From a virus: a DNA stretch of 64,000 nt. Location of the stretch: the IMG/VR virus record IMGVR_UViG_3300037140_000126, positions 1-64,000 of that record, one strand, 5' to 3'. The position numbers were made by a program, and so were the translations under genes. Of this stretch, positions 18,605-27,901 are shown in pieces. The notes beneath the pieces are model-generated. The model saw only the letters and a list, made by a program, of their open reading frames with translations. It did not search any database and was not told the DNA's origin. Position 1 is the stretch's first letter. Each line of letters starts with the position of its first letter.

Positions 18605-18672
18605 CTGATAGCCCGATATTCTTGGATAAACCAGAGTGCGAATGCATACCACGTCAGCAGTAACCAAGGCAT
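18580..18672 (-). CDS. 30-aa hydrophobic peptide (not in ORF track)
   Basis: MPWLLLTWYAFALWFIQEYRAIRKGGDNGE. TGATG overlap with the upstream gene. Confidence 0.4.
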   Translation of the reverse strand: MPWLLLTWYAFALWFIQEYRAIRKGGDNGE

Positions 18673-19178
18673 CACTCGCCTCCCTTCGGCCAGAACTTGT
18701 TGACGATTTCCTCTACTTCAGTGACCGCAAAATATCCTCTTGCTCGCCCTTTCTCAAGACACTCTTCAATCTCCTTGCGCCGCTCGTCGGACACAGGCGG
18801 CGTATCCAGTTTTGTCTGAGCCTTGATAGTATCCGGTGACAATTTGTTCTTAGTTTCTTCGTCCTTAAATACCAATTTACCTTCCATGCCCAATTGAGAT
18901 AGGCGCAATCCCTGACGAAGCACGGCAAGTCTGCTTATATCAAACTCGACCATCAACTCGGATAGAACTGCTTCTTCGCGTTCCGTAAAATGAGCCTCGT
19001 CGGACACAGGCGAGGGAAGCGGGATGGCGTTGGCGATCAGCGCGCGCATGTTCTCCAGCTTCTGATCGCGGTTGTTGGATGGATCGAGAGCTTTCATCAC
19101 GGCAGATAGCTTCACCCATCTTTCGGTCACGACGTTTGCACCGATGCTATCGGAATACGAATATTCGTTTTCGGTCAT
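18672..19178 (-). CDS. hypothetical protein
   Basis: 168-aa in-operon ORF with internal PVSDE duplication (17-nt repeat at 18783 and 18996). Confidence 0.6.
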   Translation of the reverse strand: MTENEYSYSDSIGANVVTERWVKLSAVMKALDPSNNRDQKLENMRALIANAIPLPSPVSDEAHFTEREEAVLSELMVEFDISRLAVLRQGLRLSQLGMEGKLVFKDEETKNKLSPDTIKAQTKLDTPPVSDERRKEIEECLEKGRARGYFAVTEVEEIVNKFWPKGGE

Positions 19179-19510
19179 GATTTCTCCTTCGTCCTGGCGA
19201 CGGCTGCGCGTTCGGCCTTGAGACGCTCAATGCGTCCATACAGATCGGGCCAGCGTTCAGGAAAATTTACCTGAGTCAGTGTCGAGGATCGCTCTAGCTC
19301 CTCGATGCGCCCATCCAACTCCGCCTCGGCTACCTTGGCCTCTGCCGCTTTGACGAGGGACGATTCGCGGGCATAGAAGGCCATCTTCATAAGTTTGAGT
19401 ACACCAACAGCTGTGAACGAGTCTTTACCTATTGCAGCTAATACCTCTGGCTCATTCAAGAAGTCTGCAAATTCCCGCTGTTCGGCTGTCGGTTTCAGCG
19501 CTGGATTCAT
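19175..19510 (-). CDS. hypothetical coiled-coil protein
   Basis: ATGA overlaps at both ends. Confidence 0.6.
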   Translation of the reverse strand: MNPALKPTAEQREFADFLNEPEVLAAIGKDSFTAVGVLKLMKMAFYARESSLVKAAEAKVAEAELDGRIEELERSSTLTQVNFPERWPDLYGRIERLKAERAAVARTKEKS

Positions 19511-19770
19511 TGTGATCCTCCCCCCGTATCCTGCACCTGTTTCAGCCTAATCTCTGTCTGTTCACCACAAAATTGCAACAGTTCGTTTCGGGTGACTTCC
19601 TGCTGCGTAATCTTCATCATCTTCCCATTCGTATTCGGAAAATAGTCGAACGCCTTTTTACTCTCGGACCAAGCGACATGACCAAGAATAAAATAGCTGT
19701 CCTTTGCGTAGACAGCCCATCTCTCGGGTTCAGGCGTCCCAATAAAATCGAGTTCTTTTGTATCGTTCAT
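19507..19770 (-). CDS. hypothetical protein, paralog of 39359..39643
   Basis: W.V...LG.V.W...F...QFC.E.T pattern. Start moved to ATG 19770, downstream of the promoter. Confidence 0.6.
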   Translation of the reverse strand: MNDTKELDFIGTPEPERWAVYAKDSYFILGHVAWSESKKAFDYFPNTNGKMMKITQQEVTRNELLQFCGEQTEIRLKQVQDTGGGSQ

Positions 19771-19779
19771 GTTAGAGTA

Positions 19780-19808
19780 AATATACAATATTCACACAAA
19801 ACTGTCAA
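19780..19808 (-). promoter_or_regulatory. sigma70-type promoter TTGACA-17-TATATT
   Basis: -35 at 19808-19803, -10 at 19785-19780, ATG 9 nt downstream. Confidence 0.75.
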
Positions 19809-19809
19809 A

Positions 19810-20205
19810 TCAGTCTTGCCACAAGTGCTCATACAACGGCCGCTGGTGCTCTGCGGCGTGCAGCTTTTCAATCAGGTCCTCGAATGCACCTTTACGGTTG
19901 TGGTCCACAAATACATGAAACTCTTCTCCTAGTTCAGCAAGAGCCGCATTTCTGGCAAAGAATACTTGGGCCAGTTTCGCCCGTGGTAACTGGGCAAACA
20001 CCCGCACATGAATATCCACAAGCTGAAAACGCTCTTTATCCTTCAAGCAGCGCATGCGTACGATGCCGCCTACACCCTTGTCTGTGCTGGACGTAACAAT
20101 CACAGCACCTGAATATTTATCGCTGAGTTCGTCAAGCAGGCTGTTTACTTGCAATTCCGCCTGCTCGCCCTGCCACTCACGGCTTCCTACGACGACTACA
20201 TACAT
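19810..20205 (-). CDS. SLOG-superfamily (DUF2493/YAcAr-like) protein
   Basis: VVVVGSREW, IVTSSTDKGVG and FFARNAAL resemble the SLOG/DprA-type fold. Confidence 0.6.
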   Translation of the reverse strand: MYVVVVGSREWQGEQAELQVNSLLDELSDKYSGAVIVTSSTDKGVGGIVRMRCLKDKERFQLVDIHVRVFAQLPRAKLAQVFFARNAALAELGEEFHVFVDHNRKGAFEDLIEKLHAAEHQRPLYEHLWQD

Positions 20206-20226
20206 ACTATGACCTCCAATACCATT

Positions 20227-23031
20227 TTACAGGATTCGACTGATACCCTCATGCTTTTCCACAATGATGCTTGATTCGCCAGATAGCTCACCAACAATAA
20301 TTGGGTTATGTGAGGTCAACAAAACCGTACCTAACTGGTCTTTCAATTTCTTAAGCCCTGACGCAAAAGCCTTTGCATTCACAGAATCTAGTCCGTCAGC
20401 AGGCTCGTCCAGCACAAGCAGATTACACTTAGGTGCAATCGCCCGCAATGCGAAACTAGCAATAAGCGCGGCCATTTTCTTCTCTCCTGTAGACTGATCG
20501 CCAAGCCCCTGACCGCCATGCACGTTGATTACCTCAACATTAAAATCGGACTCATGCATAGAAAAACGCACTTGAATCTCTTTCCCTGTAAAAATATCGG
20601 CATAGTGCTCCGCCGCTCGGTTCAGCGCAGGACAAATCTGTGCATTCAAGAAAGCGGGCACGCCGTCCCTGGAAAATGTTGTCACACAGTAGTCAAGCAG
20701 CGCTTTCTCTTCGGTGAGTATCTCCATTTGCCTCGTCCAAAACTTTACGTTGCGCTTCGCATGCTTGATCTTACGTTCGAGCTTGCGTCTGCGACCAACA
20801 CTTTCTTGCTCGTGCAGCTTGTCGGAAAGCATCACCCTTTTCCATCTATCGAGTTCGGACTTAGCCGTGTCACGCTCAGAATCATACATTGCAATCGTAT
20901 TCTCAGTTCGCCGCATGGCTTTATTGTTAAACAACAACGCATCGTCAGCATCGCTACACAGTTTTTGCCCAATACTAATCTTCCGGTTCGCATTGCCAAG
21001 TTCAAGTTCCGCCTCTTTGATATGGGCAATGAGGCTCCCCGCATCGACCTCTTGCAAGCACATTGGGCATTTAGTTTTACCCTCTACTTTGCGAATCTGC
21101 ATGAGCTTGGAAGAAATGACTGTCCGCTGTGCGAATGCGTCCGCCAAGTTTTGCTGTGCAGCTTTCGCACGCTCAACAATTCCAATAGCTTGTGTTTCAT
21201 AAGATTCATGTTCCCGCTTTAAGCGCGTAAGGTCTTTTGCCGCAAGAACCTCGTACCGCGCTTTCGCTTTATGAAACTCTTTCCGGGAGGATTCATACGC
21301 ACTGTTGTCAGCAGGTTCCTGCTCCAACATCCCCTCGAATGCATTAAGAGATGCAATAACAGATGATTTCTCACTTTCCGCCTCAACGAGTGCGGAGGAT
21401 TTCTCCTTGGTATCACGCGTGACCTCTTCCAGCGCTTTTGTGAAGCGTTCTAGGTTCTGGAAACGCTCCAAGATGCGTTTCTGCTCGGATGCCGTTCCCG
21501 ATAAAAATGTATTCACTTGCTGCTGGTCGATATAAACAGCATTCGCAAGGGTCTGCCACGTAAATCCAGACAACCGTTCGATCATCCCCTGTGTTGCTGT
21601 CTGCGCGGACGATTGCATTCCGCTGGACTGCTCTTTGCCATCGACAAATAAGCGTAATGCGGCAGGCCGTCTCGTACGCACGACTTTAATTACCCGCCCA
21701 CGGGAGTCTTCAAATCGCACTTCTACAGAGGCAGTCTTCGTTGACGACCACAATGCCCAACTATCGTGCTTCTGCCCTTTGAATGTCATGCCAAACATAG
21801 CTACGGGAATGAGCTGAATGGAATTTGTCTTACCACTTCCATTGCTCCTCCCAAGCCAATCTTTGTTCTGGCCCACGATTGACCTTAAACCTGGTTGTGC
21901 GAAATCAAACTCCAATTTTTCAAAACTAAGAAATCGCTCCCCTCTTGCAGAAAGAAACCTGGCACCCCCGTCCGTACGCAGTCCTAATCCTTCTGTTGCT
22001 TTAGCGAGCTTGTAGAGCAAGTAAGTGACGATTGCTCTATGGTGCCGCTCAAGTTGTTCTGGGAGGGTTTCTTGGACGTAGTGCTCGATTTTGACGGCAT
22101 CGGAGTCGGACAACTTGACCTTGATCGCTGCTGTTTCACTCTCTTTGAATTCTGCGACCGTGTAAACAAGGGCACCCGCATATTTGTGCTCCGCCTCCCG
22201 TTTCGCTTTGTCTAATGCAGTCACATAATTTTTGCCGATCTCGATAGGAACATGCACGCGAATCCTACAACCCTTCCAGTTCTTATTGTTTTTTGGGAAG
22301 CGCGGCCACGAAGGATCGTACCAACCAGGTATTGCCGATGGAACTAAATCCAACTTTTTGCCCTCAAGAACTAGGTAGCCCTTATGTTGGTTCGCCTCGC
22401 CCCAGTCGGAACAGAATGGATTGCCGATGTACCAAACATTATCGGCAAGTTTCTGCCGCAAATGCACATGGCCGCCGAGACAGTAGTTGTAGCTCGATGG
22501 AAACAGATCATGCACTTTGAGCTTACCTTCAGATTGTTGACCTAGCACATTGTATGCACAGCCTGAAATATCTTGGTGAAAGACAAGCACACAATTCGCA
22601 TCGCTATACGTCAAGTCCTTCAACTCACTCGACCATTTTCTTGTTGTCTCTGCGCTGGACGTAAACGGAAGGCAGTACAGCTCTCCATTTTTGACATTGA
22701 TACGCTTCGGCCCTTTGTGGACAATCTCGGCACCAGCTTCGCGCAAGATCGGAAACCAATTCTGAGCTTCAACATACATCCCGATACGATCATGATTACC
22801 TAGCACAAGAATTACCCGCAGATCGGCCCGCTTCGCACGACTGATAAAGTTCATCCAGAAATGGACAACACGAAGGTCTGCGGGATTGTAAACACGCTTG
22901 AGGTCTCCAGCTACTACGAACCCTTCCAGCGAACGCTCACGGCAGATTTCCAACACTTCCTCGGCCATTTGTTCGCACAAATCTAGGGATTCAAAATCCG
23001 CCTGCACATCCGATAGGAATAATAGCCTCAT
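20227..23031 (-). CDS. fused Mre11/SbcD nuclease - Rad50/SbcC ATPase
   Basis: SDVQ, AGDL, LGNHD, FHQ, GHVH, then Walker A NGSGKT, Q-loop YIDQQ, hook CPMC, signature QSTGE, Walker B LVLDEP and SHN, all in one frame. Confidence 0.9.
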   Translation of the reverse strand: MRLLFLSDVQADFESLDLCEQMAEEVLEICRERSLEGFVVAGDLKRVYNPADLRVVHFWMNFISRAKRADLRVILVLGNHDRIGMYVEAQNWFPILREAGAEIVHKGPKRINVKNGELYCLPFTSSAETTRKWSSELKDLTYSDANCVLVFHQDISGCAYNVLGQQSEGKLKVHDLFPSSYNYCLGGHVHLRQKLADNVWYIGNPFCSDWGEANQHKGYLVLEGKKLDLVPSAIPGWYDPSWPRFPKNNKNWKGCRIRVHVPIEIGKNYVTALDKAKREAEHKYAGALVYTVAEFKESETAAIKVKLSDSDAVKIEHYVQETLPEQLERHHRAIVTYLLYKLAKATEGLGLRTDGGARFLSARGERFLSFEKLEFDFAQPGLRSIVGQNKDWLGRSNGSGKTNSIQLIPVAMFGMTFKGQKHDSWALWSSTKTASVEVRFEDSRGRVIKVVRTRRPAALRLFVDGKEQSSGMQSSAQTATQGMIERLSGFTWQTLANAVYIDQQQVNTFLSGTASEQKRILERFQNLERFTKALEEVTRDTKEKSSALVEAESEKSSVIASLNAFEGMLEQEPADNSAYESSRKEFHKAKARYEVLAAKDLTRLKREHESYETQAIGIVERAKAAQQNLADAFAQRTVISSKLMQIRKVEGKTKCPMCLQEVDAGSLIAHIKEAELELGNANRKISIGQKLCSDADDALLFNNKAMRRTENTIAMYDSERDTAKSELDRWKRVMLSDKLHEQESVGRRRKLERKIKHAKRNVKFWTRQMEILTEEKALLDYCVTTFSRDGVPAFLNAQICPALNRAAEHYADIFTGKEIQVRFSMHESDFNVEVINVHGGQGLGDQSTGEKKMAALIASFALRAIAPKCNLLVLDEPADGLDSVNAKAFASGLKKLKDQLGTVLLTSHNPIIVGELSGESSIIVEKHEGISRIL

Positions 23032-23276
23032 TCGTCGGTTTCATCTTCAGATAAGGCCTTCGTAAGATTAAACCATTGGCACGAATAGCAGCGGGCGTGT
23101 CCGTTGAATCCTTTGCGCTTGCCACATTGACGGCACTCTCTATGCGTCAAACCATAGAAAAAGTTCCCAGCAATGAAGTATGTAAATTTCCTGTTGCCAC
23201 GTAGAAGCTGGTGGAGAAAAACTCGTCCTCTCATAAAACCCCACTTTTCGATTTCCCGTGCTTTTGGCTCGTCCAT
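23028..23276 (-). CDS. hypothetical Zn-ribbon protein
   Basis: CRQC...CYSC. Confidence 0.55.
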   Translation of the reverse strand: MDEPKAREIEKWGFMRGRVFLHQLLRGNRKFTYFIAGNFFYGLTHRECRQCGKRKGFNGHARCYSCQWFNLTKALSEDETDE

Positions 23277-23364
23277 GCTATCAAACCACTAGAAACACTA
23301 GATCGTGTCTTAAATCAACGGGAAACACACTCAAAACGGCATCCTAGAGCATTGTTTCTCATGT

Positions 23365-23727
23365 TCAATCGCTTCCGCCGGGCACTTCTGTGTAGTAACT
23401 GCCGTACTCCTCAATAAAGAGCACACGCTTACCAAGTTCCACAGCAATCTTAATCTCGGCCTGAACGCCCAATGATTCACGCCAGCCTTGCATTGTTACG
23501 ACCACTAATTTATGAGAAACTGAAATAAATTCTTCGTCGAATCGTTTCCAGTAATCAAAGCCCCGTGAAAGTCCACACGCCAGCGCTATTGGATGCGTGT
23601 GGGCAATAGGAGAAAACACAATTTCCCCAATTTCCATCAATCTTCCCGCCACAACACAGACCCTCCGAAAACGATCCAACATCACTTCTGGGTCTTTGTG
23701 CGAGTAGGGACTAGCAAGGTAAATCAT
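23365..23727 (-). CDS. DUF1937 family (nucleoside deoxyribosyltransferase-like fold)
   Basis: MIYLASPYSH, VFSPIAHTHPI, GWRESLGVQAEI. Confidence 0.8.
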   Translation of the reverse strand: MIYLASPYSHKDPEVMLDRFRRVCVVAGRLMEIGEIVFSPIAHTHPIALACGLSRGFDYWKRFDEEFISVSHKLVVVTMQGWRESLGVQAEIKIAVELGKRVLFIEEYGSYYTEVPGGSD

Positions 23728-24728
23728 TTCGCACCATTGAAATGTCTGCATAACTGATAGAGCGTAGCAACTGTACCTGAAAGCTGTAATCCTTCTTCAC
23801 GGGTAGACAATAAAGCAAGCTCTCGTATGCCGTCAGCTACAACTTTTGCTCGATTGCCCGAACTAGAACCTAAAAGCATTGCTTTGAGGTAACCACCAAC
23901 CGCCGCTCGCACAACAATCGCATCTTCTGGACTCGCAGCAAACATTGTGTGACGCACACTATCCCAGTCACCTTTGACGACCGCCCTGCAAATGCTCAGA
24001 GTATCGAGTGCTGAATCTTGACCAATCTGTGCGGCGCGTTCTGGTTCTTCTCCAGCAAGATACTTTTCCACAGCCATCACAACAAAACCAGGACTGCATA
24101 CACCTGCTTCGAGCAGCGCTTCTACCAAAGGTTCTGCGGCCTTGTCTTTCACCCCGGCAAACTCCATTGAACGCACAACTAGACGCGCTAATCCTTTCAT
24201 GCTCAGGTCGGGAATTGCATAAGCCAAACACCGTCTGCGCAGCGTTCGCAATATCTTTCCCGGCTCAGTCGTACAGATGATCCAGACAGTGCTTTTTGGA
24301 CTATCCTCGAAATACTTAAGCAATGCCGACTGTGAGGCTTTGCTGAGGTTTTGCGCTTCATCAAAGATATACACTCGGCATAGTGAGGGTGGTTTTGGAT
24401 TGTAAAATGCCCCAGCAATCGCTGCCTCAGTCTCATCTACACCAGACGCTTCGGCGGAATTGATTTCAATAATGTCATACTGCGGGCGTAACTCTTGACA
24501 CCGCTCGCACAATGCACCAAACACTTCTTGATGCTTGCATTGCAATGCGAGTGCTAGGATTCTCGCAGTTGTGGTTTTCCCCGCTCCAGAACTACCACTA
24601 AAAAGCCATGCGGCCGGCACACGACCAGATTGTATGTGTGAGCGAATCAGCCGCACCATGTGGCGTTGACCAATAAGCTCGTCAAGAGACTTCGGACGAA
24701 AACTGAGGGACAAAACTTGGTTAGGCAT
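23724..24728 (-). CDS. dnaX: DNA polymerase III gamma/tau-like clamp-loader AAA+ ATPase
   Basis: FRPKSLDELIGQ, LFSGSSGAGKTTTARILA, CxH...CERC, IEINSA, VYIFDEAQNLS, TTEPGKILRTLRRRC. Confidence 0.85.
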   Translation of the reverse strand: MPNQVLSLSFRPKSLDELIGQRHMVRLIRSHIQSGRVPAAWLFSGSSGAGKTTTARILALALQCKHQEVFGALCERCQELRPQYDIIEINSAEASGVDETEAAIAGAFYNPKPPSLCRVYIFDEAQNLSKASQSALLKYFEDSPKSTVWIICTTEPGKILRTLRRRCLAYAIPDLSMKGLARLVVRSMEFAGVKDKAAEPLVEALLEAGVCSPGFVVMAVEKYLAGEEPERAAQIGQDSALDTLSICRAVVKGDWDSVRHTMFAASPEDAIVVRAAVGGYLKAMLLGSSSGNRAKVVADGIRELALLSTREEGLQLSGTVATLYQLCRHFNGAK

Positions 24729-24936
24729 TTTCCTCCCAGTGCACAAATCCTCTTGATTCCAAAGCGTGACATTCCACGTCAAGGCTAATTTCACTTGCAT
24801 GGACAGTTTCTAATACCAGTTTGCCATGTTCGTAACTACGGATCATGTACTTCCAAGTTTGAAAGCGCTCTGATGTAGTGGACGACAAAGTAGTTACAAC
24901 ATAATATTTAGGCATGGGAAAATCTGTGTCTATCAT
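24721..24936 (-). CDS. hypothetical protein (71 aa)
   Basis: Start MIDTDF at the ATGA overlap, ends across the dnaX start. Confidence 0.5.
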   Translation of the reverse strand: MIDTDFPMPKYYVVTTLSSTTSERFQTWKYMIRSYEHGKLVLETVHASEISLDVECHALESRGFVHWEENA

Positions 24937-25385
24937 GGCTGGGCCCCCAACAAAGTCGAAAACTCCTCGGCAATTGCATCCGAAATCTGCTTGAGCCTGC
25001 GGATTCGCACACGGCCAGGCTCTTTGATTTGTGGCCAAGCTTGCCCATGAAACCATCTGCCTATTTCTGCGCGTGCTTGTGGCATCGTCATGCGGTCGCA
25101 ATCGACTTCCCGAAGCAGGAAACTTAGGATGCTAAGGTCCCTTGGAATAAATGGAGCTTCCTGATCTTCGGCCACATCAGGTTGCACATTGTCTTCAGTT
25201 GGCAGCAATTCAGTAACCTTCGCGGCCCAGTGGTTGTGTGTCTCGTTATTACAAGCAGCACGTGATTCAAGCACTTTATCTTGGCCACACGCACACGTCC
25301 ACTTCCAATCTTTCTCTATCGCACGCTGCTGATACTTTGTTTCGTGGGTTTTGAATACTTGCTGGATATCACCATTACCGATCAT
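24933..25385 (-). CDS. hypothetical protein
   Basis: 150-aa ORF with AGAGG upstream. Confidence 0.55.
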   Translation of the reverse strand: MIGNGDIQQVFKTHETKYQQRAIEKDWKWTCACGQDKVLESRAACNNETHNHWAAKVTELLPTEDNVQPDVAEDQEAPFIPRDLSILSFLLREVDCDRMTMPQARAEIGRWFHGQAWPQIKEPGRVRIRRLKQISDAIAEEFSTLLGAQP

Positions 25386-25539
25386 TTTGGTCCCTCTTTT
25401 CTTTTCTGCTGTGCGTAGAGAAGTAAAGAAATATTAAGGCATCCAAGGCACAATTGACATTTCTCCCCAACGTAACCACTCTGACCGCAGCGAACACACC
25501 GGGCATCAGGATTGAGACGAATCAGAAGCTTTGGAAGCT

Positions 25540-26472
25540 TCATCCCTCTTCGCCCCCTTCCTCAGAATCCTTTTTCAGTTTCTTGGCATTCAAAAAGCGC
25601 CAGTCATTACGAAGAAAATAAGCCTTGAATCCACACTCGTAGCCTTCAAGTGAACCTTCCCCTGCCTTATTCTTCATATTTTTAATGATACCTTTAAGAC
25701 CAATCATGCGACCCTTTTGCAATAACTTGCCCCCCTTAACTCTGCGAACGCTGGCACGGATCGAACAGTAAAATTTCAGTGCTTTACCGCCAGGAGTGAC
25801 TTCGGGATTTCCCCATGCAATAGGTGACAATCGAATTTGGTTGATGAAAAGAATCGCTGCCGAATACACCTGCGCGAGTGCTACCCAACGGCGGCACAAC
25901 CTAGAAAGAAACGAGGAAAGGCCCATCTTTGATCGCATGTTCGCTTCCGTGTTCCCGGCAACAGCTTCGTCTTCGACAAGCATCGCAGTCACGGAATCTA
26001 TAATGATGAAGAGCTTATTCAGCCCTTCTGCATGACGGCGTTCCATCCACAATTCGACTTCATCGCACAGCTCTTCTGCGGTCTGCAAGCGGGGCTTTTC
26101 TTTTTTACTTTTCTGTATAAGTTTAGGGTAGAAATGGAACAGCCTTGACCAGTCGATACCTTGGCTTTCTGCCCAAGGCCTGTCAAGGCTGTTCTCAATG
26201 TCTACCCATGCGACTTGTGCATCGTCAGCTTGTGCTAAACCCGCCAACAACAAACCAAAAAGCGTTTTGCCATTGGACTCTGGCCCGAACAGTTCAATCA
26301 TTTTACCGTACGCAATACCTTTTTCTTCCGAACCAAGCACTGCGTTCAGCATACGGCTGCCTGTGTCAAGCCATTCCCGAGGTTGAGCGTCGAATGTCAA
26401 AAACCCGAGCTTACGCCGGATTTCTTTCATCTCAGCATCGGTACTTTTCGGTTTTGTGGCTGGTTTTACCAT
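25540..26472 (-). CDS. recA: RecA/UvsX-like recombinase
   Basis: LDTGSRMLNAVLG, IELFGPESNGKT, VDIENSLD, IIDSVTAM, FINQIR, TPGGKALKFYCSIR. Confidence 0.93.
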   Translation of the reverse strand: MVKPATKPKSTDAEMKEIRRKLGFLTFDAQPREWLDTGSRMLNAVLGSEEKGIAYGKMIELFGPESNGKTLFGLLLAGLAQADDAQVAWVDIENSLDRPWAESQGIDWSRLFHFYPKLIQKSKKEKPRLQTAEELCDEVELWMERRHAEGLNKLFIIIDSVTAMLVEDEAVAGNTEANMRSKMGLSSFLSRLCRRWVALAQVYSAAILFINQIRLSPIAWGNPEVTPGGKALKFYCSIRASVRRVKGGKLLQKGRMIGLKGIIKNMKNKAGEGSLEGYECGFKAYFLRNDWRFLNAKKLKKDSEEGGEEG

Positions 26473-26540
26473 CGCTCAACTAGTCCAGAGTCCTTTCATC
26501 TAAATCTTCAGGGTCAAACAGAAAGCCCAGTTGATCCTCG

Positions 26541-27686
26541 TTAGTCGTCGTCGTCTTCAACGGGCTTTTTCTTACTTTTGGGGCGCTCTTCTTCGTCGTC
26601 TTCTTCGACTTTCTTTTTACCTTTTTTACTGGGTGCTGGCTCATCTTCTTCTGGTTCATCCTCGTCCTCCGTAGGCTTCTTTTTGCCCTTACTCTTTGGA
26701 ACTTCCTCTTCGTCCTCTTCCACAGGTTCAGTTTCGTCTTCGTCCTCGACAGGTTTCTTCTTGCCCTTCGGCCGTTCGTCCTCCTCGGGTTCATCATCTT
26801 CGTCAACGGGCTTCTTCTTACCCTTACTCTTTGGAGTTTCTTCTTCATCCTCGTCGGGTTCTGGCTCGTCTTCATCAACTGGTTTCTTCTTACCCTTAGG
26901 TTTTGGTGTTTCTTCTTCGTCCTCATCCTCGACAGGTTTCTTCTTACCCTTGGGCGCTTCATCCTCCTCGGTTTCGTCTTCCTCGGCGGGACGGGTTTCA
27001 TCTTCCTCGGCCTCAGCTTCCTCGTCACGCCCGAAATACGCGGCCTTCTGCTGTTCTTCTGAATACGAAGGCACATATTCAGAAAATGGCTTTGCCCTCT
27101 TCAGCACTTTATCGGAAATCGCCGAGGACTCTTCATCGGGAGTAGGTTGGCCGTAGACCGTATCTGTCATAGTCATCCCTGTGCGCTCAATCGTAAGATT
27201 GTAGCCCTTTTCAGGATCGACATAATCGCGCTTCGTGCTCTTCAGCACACCAAGCAAACGTGCGGACAGCGAACGTGCACCACCGGTGGGAACGGCCCAC
27301 AGAAAAGGGCCCTGCATCTTGCCAGAATCGGGATCGACAGTAGCAACCTGCACGACAAATTGTTCTTTCGCTTGCAACGCAGCTGCCCGCTTTTGCTTTG
27401 CCGAGTCACCGCCTTGCAAATCAGGAATCTTCTTGTCGCACAGCCAACAGTCACCGTCTTGGTGCATCGTCTTGCCACAGCGCACGAAACGCTTGTTTGG
27501 GCCGACTTCCCTGTGCACGAGATACTCAAAAAAAGGCGTCTGACTTTTCTTGCTGCCAATACGTGGCAGTATGCGAATCGTCGTTTCCCCTTCAGGGAGC
27601 TTGAATCTCCCCTTTGACTGTTTCTCTTTCAAACGTCTTCCCGCTTCTTCCCGCCAATCCTGCTCAACTTCATTTTTTGCCATCAT
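26541..27686 (-). CDS. T4 gp32-like single-stranded DNA-binding protein with long charge-block tail
   Basis: FKLPEGETTIRILP, CWLCD, GYNLTIERTG, then about 150 aa of alternating KGKKKP and E/D runs. Next to RecA. Confidence 0.75.
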   Translation of the reverse strand: MMAKNEVEQDWREEAGRRLKEKQSKGRFKLPEGETTIRILPRIGSKKSQTPFFEYLVHREVGPNKRFVRCGKTMHQDGDCWLCDKKIPDLQGGDSAKQKRAAALQAKEQFVVQVATVDPDSGKMQGPFLWAVPTGGARSLSARLLGVLKSTKRDYVDPEKGYNLTIERTGMTMTDTVYGQPTPDEESSAISDKVLKRAKPFSEYVPSYSEEQQKAAYFGRDEEAEAEEDETRPAEEDETEEDEAPKGKKKPVEDEDEEETPKPKGKKKPVDEDEPEPDEDEEETPKSKGKKKPVDEDDEPEEDERPKGKKKPVEDEDETEPVEEDEEEVPKSKGKKKPTEDEDEPEEDEPAPSKKGKKKVEEDDEEERPKSKKKPVEDDDD

Positions 27687-27699
27687 CGCCTCCGGTAGG

Positions 27700-27897
27700 T
27701 TAGTTGAACTTGCTTACCCCAATGGGAACATCGAGTTTCGACATTTCCATTAGATATTGCTTTTTAGATTCGAAATACCTCTCTACAAAAACGCACAGCA
27801 CCACAGCCACTTGCTTGCTGAGAGACTGTACGACAAAACTGAACAGCACCATAAACAACAGCAAATTGATGGCGATAAAACCTTCGAGTTTCAACAT
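27700..27897 (-). CDS. small membrane protein
   Basis: Hydrophobic N-terminal half. Confidence 0.45.
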   Translation of the reverse strand: MLKLEGFIAINLLLFMVLFSFVVQSLSKQVAVVLCVFVERYFESKKQYLMEMSKLDVPIGVSKFN

Positions 27898-27901
27898 AGC
27901 C

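Noticed and set aside
17900-18700. CRISPR array or DGR template/variable repeat pair
   Set aside because: The repeats are coding, irregularly spaced and exact rather than adenine-mutated. No cas gene or reverse transcriptase is in the window.
25386-25539. tRNA or ncRNA in the gap after recA
   Set aside because: No cloverleaf, T-loop or CCA pattern and no convincing stem.
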